Shown here piece by piece: positions 44,302-52,882 of a stretch of 64,000 nucleotides of DNA (its first letter is position 1; the number at the start of each line of letters is the position of its first letter). Position numbers and translations under genes: made by a program. This stretch comes from Gammaproteobacteria bacterium (GTDB lineage: Bacteria; Pseudomonadota; Gammaproteobacteria; Eutrophobiales; Eutrophobiaceae), in NCBI GenBank assembly GCA_965243205.1, contig CBDEUK010000002.1, positions 1,760,001 to 1,824,000 on the forward strand, written 5' to 3'. The notes under the pieces are model-generated. The model did not search any database and was not told the DNA's origin. It worked only from the letters and a program-made list of their open reading frames with translations.

Positions 44302-44862
44302 GTGAATAAAAAAACACTTTCAGAACTACCTGATGATCTGCCTGTGCCAATTGATGATGGTGCATGTGAGCATCTACAAGGAACAGCTTTTCCTAAAATT
44401 GAATTACCTTCAACGAGTGGCGAGAGCATTTCATTAACTTCAATAATGAATTTTGTTCTTTATATTTATCCCATGACTGGAAGACCAAATACGCCGTTGC
44501 CTGATGGTTGGGATTCCATTCCTGGCGCGAGAGGATGTACGCCTCAATCTTGTGGTTTTCGAGATCATTATTCTGAATTAACACATTTAAAAGTGAGTGT
44601 GTTCGGGTTAAGCACGCAATCGACGAAATATCAAACTGAGGCTAAACAACGCTTACATCTTCCGTTTGATTTGCTGAGTGATTTTAATTTCAAATTGAAA
44701 GAAATGTTATCGTTACCTACATTCGAAGCTGATGGTAATGAGTTATATAAACGTATAACAATTATTGTTAAAAATAACATCATAGAAAAAGTTTTTTATC
44801 CTATATTCCCTCCAAACTTAAACGCAGAAGAAGTTGTTCAATGGTTGCAAGAAAATATTTAA
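44302..44862 (+). CDS. peroxiredoxin (BCP/PrxQ-like)
   Basis: LPVPIDDGA, PGARGCTPQSCGFRD. Confidence 0.85.
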   Translation: MNKKTLSELPDDLPVPIDDGACEHLQGTAFPKIELPSTSGESISLTSIMNFVLYIYPMTGRPNTPLPDGWDSIPGARGCTPQSCGFRDHYSELTHLKVSVFGLSTQSTKYQTEAKQRLHLPFDLLSDFNFKLKEMLSLPTFEADGNELYKRITIIVKNNIIEKVFYPIFPPNLNAEEVVQWLQENI

Positions 44863-46523
44863 GTATTCATTTTTTGTATTGTTTTTTATTTTTTCTTTCC
44901 TTTAATGTTTCAGCTCAACAAGGTTATGGTGCGATTGCTACAGCACATCCTCTAGCAACTCAAGCGGGTAAAGAAATTTTACTGAAAGGTGGTAATGCCT
45001 TCGATGCTGCTGTTGCTATTTCAGCAGCCCTTGCCGTAGTGGAGCCTTATGGTTCGGGTATTGGTGGTGGTGGTTTTTGGTTATTGCATCAAGCAGAAAA
45101 TAATCGACAAGTGATGGTAGATGGCCGAGAAACAGCACCAGCTTATGCACATAAAAAGGTTTACCTTGATAAACAAGGCAATCCAATTCCTGGTAAATCG
45201 ATTAATGGTCCAAGTGCAGCAGGTATTCCAGGGACGATTGCTGCTTTAGATCACATTACTCGTAAATACGGCACGTTACCTTTAGTAGAATTATTAAAGC
45301 CTGCCATTAAGTATGCTAAAGACGGTTTTGAAGTAACCGAGCGTTATCAATTGTTGATTGGTTTTCGTAAAAAAGTGATGCAGGAATATTCTGCTACTTC
45401 AGATATTTTTCTAAAAGATAAGGAAACACCAGTAATCGGTGAGCGAATTATACAAACTGATTTAGCCAATACTTTAGAATTGGTTGCAAGACAAGGTGGC
45501 TCGGCTTTTTATCAAGGTCAATTTGCCAAGCAAATGGTTCAACATGTTAATCGTGATGGTGGTTTTTGGAACCTTGAAGATTTGGCTAACTATACAATCA
45601 AAGAACGTAAACCTATTGTTACCCAATACCGTGATATGAAGATTACTTCTGCAGCACCGCCATCTTCAGGTGGTATTGTATTGGCTCAGGCATTAGGCGT
45701 ATTAGAAAACTTTAATCTACAAACAATGGATGAAGTTCAATATAAACATCATGTCGTAGAAGCAATGCGCCGTGCTTATCGTGATCGAGCAGCGTATCTT
45801 GGTGATGCAGATTTTGTTGATGTTCCGGTACAAAGATTATTGGATAAGAATTATCTTCATGGTCTTACGGTTTCAATTGATTCTACAAAAGCTTCGAGCA
45901 GTGCTGATATGGGACAATTCGATTTGCAACAAAGAGGCAAGAACACTACACATTTTTCAGTCATGGATAAAATGGGTAATAGAGTAGCTGCTACTTTAAG
46001 TATTAATTTGCCGTTTGGTTCAGCTTACGTGATCCCAGGTACGGGCGTGTTATTAAATGATGAGATGGATGATTTTTCTACCAAGCCTAATGCACCTAAT
46101 TCTTATGGTTTAGTGGGCGATCATGCAAACTTGGTCGAGCCTGGCAAGCGTCCGCTATCAAGCATGTCGCCAACCTTCATAGAAAATAAAGATAAGATTG
46201 CAGTGCTAGGAACACCTGGTGGTAGTCGAATTATCAGTATGGTGTTGCTTGGCATCTTAGACTTTGAAAAACGACAACTGCCAAAATCATGGGTTAGTGT
46301 GCCACGCTATCATCATCAATATTTACCTGATGAAATACAGTATGAAAAAAATGGTTTGACGATAAATGAAGTTCAAGGCTTAAAAGCAATGGGACATACT
46401 TTAAAAGAAAGAAATCGTCAGTATGGCAACATGCAAGCAGTGATGTATTACAAACCTACGAATACAATGTTAGCCGCTAGTGATCCTCGCGGCGAAGGTG
46501 AGGCTATTACTTTTCTTTATTAG
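44841..46523 (+). CDS. ggt: gamma-glutamyltransferase
   Basis: GGNAFDAAVA, catalytic TTHFS, LNDEMDDF, RPLSSMSP, GTPGGSRI. Confidence 0.95.
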   Translation: MVARKYLSIHFLYCFLFFLSFNVSAQQGYGAIATAHPLATQAGKEILLKGGNAFDAAVAISAALAVVEPYGSGIGGGGFWLLHQAENNRQVMVDGRETAPAYAHKKVYLDKQGNPIPGKSINGPSAAGIPGTIAALDHITRKYGTLPLVELLKPAIKYAKDGFEVTERYQLLIGFRKKVMQEYSATSDIFLKDKETPVIGERIIQTDLANTLELVARQGGSAFYQGQFAKQMVQHVNRDGGFWNLEDLANYTIKERKPIVTQYRDMKITSAAPPSSGGIVLAQALGVLENFNLQTMDEVQYKHHVVEAMRRAYRDRAAYLGDADFVDVPVQRLLDKNYLHGLTVSIDSTKASSSADMGQFDLQQRGKNTTHFSVMDKMGNRVAATLSINLPFGSAYVIPGTGVLLNDEMDDFSTKPNAPNSYGLVGDHANLVEPGKRPLSSMSPTFIENKDKIAVLGTPGGSRIISMVLLGILDFEKRQLPKSWVSVPRYHHQYLPDEIQYEKNGLTINEVQGLKAMGHTLKERNRQYGNMQAVMYYKPTNTMLAASDPRGEGEAITFLY

Positions 46524-46950
46524 TATGATACGCGGCTTCAAACGCACCTTCTGAAAAGCCTTGTAGTTTATTATCACCAATTAATATTACTGGTACAGCT
46601 TTTCCACCAAGCTTGTCGTACTCGCGTTTAGCCTTTTCGCTTTTTTCAATGTCACGTTCGGAAAAGGCGATTTTATTTTTTTGAAAGTATTTTTTAGCCT
46701 TTTTACAATAGCCGCACCAGCTAGTGGAATACATTATTACTTTCTGTGGTTTTTCCTTTGGAGTATAAGTGAATTCATAACCTGGACTTTCATAGGTGTT
46801 TAGTTTTACTTCAACGATGTCAGTCTTAGCATTGCTGGGCGGCTTATCGGTGAAGTGAACATTACCGTTTTCATCAACATAACGATGAATTTCTGAATGT
46901 ACAGGAACAAATACCAAAGATAATAACAATATTAAGCCCGATGATTTCAT
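46507..46950 (-). CDS. DUF4124 + glutaredoxin-like exported protein
   Basis: Signal peptide, RYVDENGNVHFTDKPP, WCGYC, VPVI. Confidence 0.85.
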   Translation of the reverse strand: MKSSGLILLLSLVFVPVHSEIHRYVDENGNVHFTDKPPSNAKTDIVEVKLNTYESPGYEFTYTPKEKPQKVIMYSTSWCGYCKKAKKYFQKNKIAFSERDIEKSEKAKREYDKLGGKAVPVILIGDNKLQGFSEGAFEAAYHTNKEK

Positions 46951-47034
46951 AATGAGTTATCCATAAACGAGTAGATTTGAGTATAGATAGATATATCGGA
47001 AGTTAAGTGAATTTCTTCACAAAGTAAGCGATTG

Positions 47035-47457
47035 TTACCAAAGTCCGTCCGTTTTTACCCCAGTATATTCATCCCAGTATTTACAGAATTCTATGGATTT
47101 TGCTCTTAATAATGAAACGTAGTGAGAATCATCGAATTCATTTTCATTGGATGCTATGTTCTGTAGATTGGCCAAAAAACAAGTACAAACCGCATTCTTA
47201 ACATCTTCATTACCATCGATGATTAATAATTCAACTAAATCAAATAACTTTTCAGCATCAGAATAATTTTGCGCCATGAAGTTTTTCGCGACTCGATGAG
47301 ATAAATGAGTCATTAATGCATGTGGAGATATAAGACCTGACCTAGGCAACCAAGAGGATACGGTTTCAAGCAATTCATCGCGTAATTCAGGGTAAGCGTT
47401 GAATAACAAAGGCAATAAATCTGATGCCTGAATCATTTTATTATTAGTCTCCATCAA
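47035..47457 (-). CDS. hypothetical protein (DUF7674-like)
   Basis: 140-aa ORF; FDLVELLIIDGNEDVKNAVCTCFL.NL pattern. Confidence 0.6.
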   Translation of the reverse strand: MMETNNKMIQASDLLPLLFNAYPELRDELLETVSSWLPRSGLISPHALMTHLSHRVAKNFMAQNYSDAEKLFDLVELLIIDGNEDVKNAVCTCFLANLQNIASNENEFDDSHYVSLLRAKSIEFCKYWDEYTGVKTDGLW

Positions 47458-47574
47458 GACAAAAGTTACAGAATTTTATGTTGTTAGAGTTCATATTCAG
47501 GCAGGGACAATCATACCTCTTGATGAGAATTTTTTACACCAGAGATTTTAAAAAAATGACTTTTGTTTTTTATT

Positions 47575-48084
47575 TTAGTCGAGCAGATTTTCTCGCCAAA
47601 CGGCTAATTTTTCTGTCCATTTGATACTAGCATGAGCAGGGCTGGTAGATGGTAAAACAGAAACTTTATAATTCGCGTAGAAATCGTTGGCATTGTTTAT
47701 TTCGTTTCGTTTAAATAGTTGATGTGCCTTTTGACCATTAAAATAGATCTTAGAAATATCAGTATGATTGGAAAAGAAGCTCTGAAAATCATTAACAATC
47801 GTGCTATCAGTTTTTATATTTGAATCCAAGCTGCCAATACGTTGGCAAGATTTTAAAACATCCCACAAAGCAATTTTGTTATTTTTCAATAGTTGAGTTC
47901 TTTTTGTGTAATCATCAGAAAAATTTTCTTTGTAGATTGAAAACAAAATTTTCCAGAAAGAGTTTTGTGGATGAGCATAGTATTGATTTGCAGATAAAGA
48001 TTTTTCTCCAGGCATCGAACCAAGAATTAAAATAGTCGCATCTTTATTTGCAATCGGTGGGAAGCTATAAATTTTTTGATTAAT
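47575..48084 (-). CDS. DNA-deoxyinosine (hypoxanthine) glycosylase, UDG superfamily (probable ATT start)
   Basis: SFPPI...ILILGSMPG..SL..QYYAHPQN.FW, FNG, LPSTSPA; conserved N-terminus lies upstream of the track ATG (48015). Confidence 0.88.
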   Translation of the reverse strand: MNQKIYSFPPIANKDATILILGSMPGEKSLSANQYYAHPQNSFWKILFSIYKENFSDDYTKRTQLLKNNKIALWDVLKSCQRIGSLDSNIKTDSTIVNDFQSFFSNHTDISKIYFNGQKAHQLFKRNEINNANDFYANYKVSVLPSTSPAHASIKWTEKLAVWRENLLD

Positions 48085-48103
48085 TTTTTATTCCAAAACT
48101 AAA

Positions 48104-48919
48104 TTAATGTTGGCAGTGAGTGCAGTAATAGGTAGAGCGTTGTCCTAGTTGAATGATTTGAATAGGGTTGCCACATTTTTTACAAGGTTCTTCTGCTCGA
48201 TCATACACATTCAATTCGTGACGAAAATAACCTGGCTTACCATCTGAGTTTGTAAAGTCTCTCAAGGTTGTGCCGCCTTTTTGTAAAGCAAGTTTTAATA
48301 CTGCTTTGATTTCGGCCACCAATTTTTCATAGCGTTCAAAAGAAATTTTATTGGCTTTCCGTTTAGGAAGTATGCCAGCTTGGAATAACGATTCACTAGC
48401 ATATATATTTCCAACACCGACTACTACTTTACTATCCATAATAAATGTTTTTACAAATGTTTTTCTATTACGCGATTTTTCATAAAGGTATTCAGCCGTA
48501 AAATCATCTTCTAAAGGTTCTGGACCTAATGATTTTATCAGATCATGTTTAAGCGGATCTCTTTTGGTATAAATCAAACAACCAAAGCGTCTTGGATCAT
48601 TAAAACGTAAAATAGTGCCTGAAGATAATTCAAGATCAACATGATCATGTTTTTGTATCTTTTTAGGTTCTAATAAAATTCGTAAATGACCAGACATACC
48701 TAAATGTAAAATGATCGCTGCTTCATTAGTTTTAATAATAATATACTTGCCGCGACGTTTTACTTGTCGGATTTCTTGTCCAGGGAGGTTCTTGGTTATG
48801 GTTTTACTAATCGGCCAACGTAGTTGATAGTTACGAACAATAATATTTGAAATGGTTTCGCCTAATAAATAAGGTGCTATGCCAATGCGAGTAGTTTCTA
48901 CCTCAGGTAGTTCAGGCAT
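48104..48919 (-). CDS. mutM: formamidopyrimidine-DNA glycosylase
   Basis: MPELPEVET, HLGMSG, DPRRFG, GVGNIYASE, C4 zinc finger. Confidence 0.98.
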   Translation of the reverse strand: MPELPEVETTRIGIAPYLLGETISNIIVRNYQLRWPISKTITKNLPGQEIRQVKRRGKYIIIKTNEAAIILHLGMSGHLRILLEPKKIQKHDHVDLELSSGTILRFNDPRRFGCLIYTKRDPLKHDLIKSLGPEPLEDDFTAEYLYEKSRNRKTFVKTFIMDSKVVVGVGNIYASESLFQAGILPKRKANKISFERYEKLVAEIKAVLKLALQKGGTTLRDFTNSDGKPGYFRHELNVYDRAEEPCKKCGNPIQIIQLGQRSTYYCTHCQH

Positions 48920-49767
48920 TATTCTTCTGACTCAGTTTTTGGTTTTGGAAAAATAATATCTGCAATGTATTGAGTGATTTTATACTCAAGGTTTAAGTTG
49001 TTATTTACTAAAACAAGTTCAGGTTCTTTGCTGGCCACATCGAGTATTAAAGTTGAATTATCATTAAAACTGATTTCAACTTTACCAATGACATCTTCAA
49101 CTTCTTTAGGTTTAACAGGGTTTCCTTCCAATTGCTGCCATCCATTGAATACAATATTTGCTGTTGTTTCTATGTTGTCATTAGATAATTTAATTTTCCA
49201 TGTATCATCTGTTTTTGTTAATTGATATTGATCAGTAACAATACTGATAATTTTATCTGGGCTATTAATAACTTTTGGATTGATGAAAAAATTTTCATTT
49301 GTAGTCAGTTGATAAAATAATTGATCATTAATCGTGTAAATATAATTACCATTACGTAAATAACGGGTTTTATCTAATGGATTAGTCGAACCAAATTCAA
49401 AACGTGAATCATTTAATATTAAAGTCGCTTCAGGTGTGGCAAGGCCAAGTTGTGTTAGATCTAAATCATCAACGTTTAATTGATTTGAACTCAATGTGGT
49501 TAAAACATTTAAGATAGATTCAATTCGATTAGGGTGCGCTGGGGCGGTTATAGGTTCAATTAATTGCCATTGTTCATCTGATTTTTCGAATGCAATAGTT
49601 TTGCTGGCAAGGCGTTCTATCAATATTTTATTAATAGAATCCGCGTTGAGCTCTGAAACAGTATATTCAATGGGCTTGGTTTCTTCCTTTTCAGTACTGA
49701 ACATGAAAAACCCAAGTGTTAAGACAAAAATAAATAAAGCTATATTAATAGTAAGTTGAGATTGCAC
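48919..49767 (-). CDS. DUF4340-like membrane-anchored periplasmic protein
   Basis: N-terminal TM; WQLIEP..APA, LGL..P, FG..NP....RY; follows GldG-like gene. Confidence 0.75.
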   Translation of the reverse strand: MQSQLTINIALFIFVLTLGFFMFSTEKEETKPIEYTVSELNADSINKILIERLASKTIAFEKSDEQWQLIEPITAPAHPNRIESILNVLTTLSSNQLNVDDLDLTQLGLATPEATLILNDSRFEFGSTNPLDKTRYLRNGNYIYTINDQLFYQLTTNENFFINPKVINSPDKIISIVTDQYQLTKTDDTWKIKLSNDNIETTANIVFNGWQQLEGNPVKPKEVEDVIGKVEISFNDNSTLILDVASKEPELVLVNNNLNLEYKITQYIADIIFPKPKTESEE

Positions 49768-49779
49768 AGCTAATATGAT

Positions 49780-51150
49780 CTATTGTTTCTTACGACGCCA
49801 CCAAATATACAAACCTAATCCAAGCAAGGTTAATGGCAAGGCAATTAAGAAACCAAAAATTATTATGATTTTGGTCGTGTTAGATAATTCTAAATATAAA
49901 TCATCGGAAGTTTTTACTGGTATGGAAATAAAATCATCATCGCTACTTAACCAATTAATAAAACGATAACCCAGTTCATTATTGCCACTGTTGGCAAGAA
50001 ATTGATTAGATAAGAAGTCACCATCACCGACGACTAATATTCGTTGATTAATGGTTTGTGAGCCTTCTTCTGTTTCTGATTCAATATCACGAGTAAAACC
50101 ATAAGCTATATTCAAAGGCCCTAATCGATCTTGTCCTTCATCAAAAGCAACTTCAGTATTCAATTCAGAATGTTCGGACCATGTGTGTTCGCCTGTGATA
50201 ATGATTGGTTCAGCTGTCCAGTCTGAATCTTCTACATCCATAGCAACTGCACCAGGAAATAAAGTCGTTAATTCAAAGTTTTTTAAAGTTGCATGTGGTG
50301 CATAATTCGTTTCTGAAGCAATGCTAATGGTTGGATCATTGCTACCTAATAGTTGCCCTACATAATCAATAATAGTTCCTGGTAAAAACGAAATACCCAA
50401 TTTTTCTGCTACAGGCTCTAAGCCGTTTAACTTACCAGGTTCCGCAAACCATAAAACGTTGCCGCCTTTATCAATGTAATCCATGATCAAATTAACTTCA
50501 CCAGGTAAATAATTAATACGTGGATTCGTAATCACTAAAACAGAAGTATTATCAGGAATAGAGTTCACTTGAGTTAGGTTTAACAGTTGAGGTGAAAAAC
50601 CACGTTGCTGAATTGAGGCAACCCAAATGCCTAAATCATGATTAGCTTCACCTATAGCTTTGCGTTCACCATGGCCTTCAATAAAACCCACATAACGATT
50701 CTCACCACGTAATAAACGACTTAATGCGTTGGTGAATTCTTCTTCACTATCAGACTTCACATGTTCAGTGCGATCTTTGTATTGAACTAACATCTCACCA
50801 TCAACGGTAATACCCAGTTCAGCCGTTTGTTGAGGTACGGCGACTTGGTTTATAAAATCCAAACTGATATCAGTTTTTACGCGTTGATAACGTTTAACCG
50901 TATTACGAATGATCTCTCGTAATTCAGGTGTTTCACTGGCGTAAGAAGTAATGGTAATCGGGCCTTCCATTTTACTAAGTGTTTCAATACTGGCTTGTGA
51001 TAAACTATGGCGACCACTAGCAGTCCAATCAAATTCTTGATCGTGACGATTGGTAAACCAGAACAATAAAATGGCTACTGAAATCAACAACACAAACATA
51101 ATTGCGCTGTTGATTTTATACTGAGTTCGACTCTTGTTAGATACTTTCAT
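49780..51150 (-). CDS. GldG-family ABC auxiliary protein (GIFT domain)
   Basis: DWTASGRHSLSQAS, GHGER, YIDKGGNVL, VVGDGDFLSN, C-terminal TM + WWRRKK. Confidence 0.85.
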   Translation of the reverse strand: MKVSNKSRTQYKINSAIMFVLLISVAILLFWFTNRHDQEFDWTASGRHSLSQASIETLSKMEGPITITSYASETPELREIIRNTVKRYQRVKTDISLDFINQVAVPQQTAELGITVDGEMLVQYKDRTEHVKSDSEEEFTNALSRLLRGENRYVGFIEGHGERKAIGEANHDLGIWVASIQQRGFSPQLLNLTQVNSIPDNTSVLVITNPRINYLPGEVNLIMDYIDKGGNVLWFAEPGKLNGLEPVAEKLGISFLPGTIIDYVGQLLGSNDPTISIASETNYAPHATLKNFELTTLFPGAVAMDVEDSDWTAEPIIITGEHTWSEHSELNTEVAFDEGQDRLGPLNIAYGFTRDIESETEEGSQTINQRILVVGDGDFLSNQFLANSGNNELGYRFINWLSSDDDFISIPVKTSDDLYLELSNTTKIIIIFGFLIALPLTLLGLGLYIWWRRKKQ

Positions 51151-51153
51151 TGT

Positions 51154-51900
51154 TTACAACATCCTTTCGCTATCAAGACGCCAAACACTTAGCACTAAAA
51201 ACAATGCAGTGATGATCACATAATAAAAAACATCAGCGGTGCTGAATAAACCACTAATGAGTTTATTGTAATGGGTTAATAAGGACATATAGTTTAAAAC
51301 ACTAGCGACGTTCTCGGCGCCGCTATTTCCTGCAAGACTGATTATCCATAACAAAAATAACACGCCAAACGTAGAAACAGCCGAGACAGCAGTGGAAGAA
51401 CTTAACGTACTTAAAAACAAACCAATAGCAGTAAAGGCGCTCACTAATAACAACATTCCAATCATGCCTGAGACAAGCTGCCAATAATCCAAGTTTGTTC
51501 CCATGCCTAGTGATAAAGGCATTAATGTGATCATAAAAACTAATAAAACAAAAAACCCTAGTACTGAAAAGAATTTGCCAAGAACTAATTGGCTGATTGA
51601 TACAGGTGAGGATAATAATAATCGAATAGTCCCTTCACGTTTTTCTTCACTAAAACCACGCATGGTAATGAAGGGCGCTACCATTAACATGATCATAGCA
51701 GTGGACTGGTACAAACCCGCTACCACTAATTCAGTTAAACCAATCTCTGAATATTGGGCATCGCGCAATTCATAGATTTCCCAATACTTTAAAAACAGTT
51801 GCGCCAAAATAAATTGCACTACCGCTAAAACAACCCAGGCAAATGGTGAACGGAATAATCGTCGTAATTCATGTTGGGTGATCGCAAAGATAGTGCTCAT
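51154..51900 (-). CDS. GldF-like ABC-2 permease
   Basis: ELRRLFRSPFAW, TMRGFSEEKREGT..LL.SP, VLGKF. Confidence 0.87.
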   Translation of the reverse strand: MSTIFAITQHELRRLFRSPFAWVVLAVVQFILAQLFLKYWEIYELRDAQYSEIGLTELVVAGLYQSTAMIMLMVAPFITMRGFSEEKREGTIRLLLSSPVSISQLVLGKFFSVLGFFVLLVFMITLMPLSLGMGTNLDYWQLVSGMIGMLLLVSAFTAIGLFLSTLSSSTAVSAVSTFGVLFLLWIISLAGNSGAENVASVLNYMSLLTHYNKLISGLFSTADVFYYVIITALFLVLSVWRLDSERML

Positions 51901-52835
51901 GATGCTTCTCCAACATTCGGTGATTGAGTTAACTGCATAAAGGTTTGTTCTAATGAATTACTCATGGGTACTAATTCGATTAATTCCCAGCCTTTATCGA
52001 GCACATGTTTAACAAACGAATTAATTTGACTTTCATTTGTTAACGTTATTTGTATTTTGTGATCACTAAGTTGAACGATTGAATCAACAAACCCTAAATC
52101 CGTTAATTCATTAGCATTAATTTCATTACTAAATCCAACTTGGTATTCAGTCACTTTGCGATTGTTCAAAGCTTCTAAAGATTCGTCCATCACTAACTGA
52201 CCTTTAGAAATAATAATCACGCGATCACACACGCTTTGTACTTCTGGCAAAATATGCGTTGATAAAATTACGCTGTGATCATTCCCTAGTTCGCGAATTA
52301 AATTACGTATCTCAACAATTTGATTTGGATCTAAACCAGAGGTTGGCTCATCTAATATCACAACAGAAGGTGAATGAATGATTGCTTGTGCGATACCAAC
52401 ACGTTGTTGATAACCTTTTGAAAGATTACGAATCAAACGATGCCCTACTTCATTCAAGCCACAACGTAGTTTTGCGTTTTCTATCGCTGTTTTTAAATTC
52501 GCTTTTGCAATGTGGCGTAGTTTTGCGGCGTAGTCTAAATATTCATCAACGGTTAAGTCACTATACAATGGTGGTGATTCAGGTAAGAAACCAATATGTG
52601 ATTTGGCTTGCTTGGCTTGCTCTAAAATGTCTTGGCCAGCAATCGTGATTTGACCACTACTAGCAGCGAGCACACCTGAGATCATCTGCATCGAAGTGGT
52701 TTTGCCAGCGCCATTCGGCCCTAAAAAGCCAACAACTTCGCCGCGATGTAGTTTGAAATTGATGTTATCAACCGCGCATTGCTGGCCGTAGTATCGGCTG
52801 ACATCATTCACATCTATCAGTACTTCTTTTTCCAT
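51897..52835 (-). CDS. GldA-like ABC ATPase
   Basis: GPNGAGKTT, LSKGYQQRVGIAQA, LDEPTSGLDPNQI, STHILPEV. Confidence 0.9.
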   Translation of the reverse strand: MEKEVLIDVNDVSRYYGQQCAVDNINFKLHRGEVVGFLGPNGAGKTTSMQMISGVLAASSGQITIAGQDILEQAKQAKSHIGFLPESPPLYSDLTVDEYLDYAAKLRHIAKANLKTAIENAKLRCGLNEVGHRLIRNLSKGYQQRVGIAQAIIHSPSVVILDEPTSGLDPNQIVEIRNLIRELGNDHSVILSTHILPEVQSVCDRVIIISKGQLVMDESLEALNNRKVTEYQVGFSNEINANELTDLGFVDSIVQLSDHKIQITLTNESQINSFVKHVLDKGWELIELVPMSNSLEQTFMQLTQSPNVGEAS

Positions 52836-52882
52836 AGTTTGTGCGAGTGTTTAATTGTGTTAATCAACGTTATTATTCATAA

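Noticed and set aside
46957-46965. TTATCCATA DnaA-box-like 9-mer
   Set aside because: Single mismatched copy far from dnaA; expected by chance in AT-rich DNA
47480-47491. GTTGTTAGAGTT, possible further copy of the array spacer motif
   Set aside because: Too divergent and isolated to separate from chance
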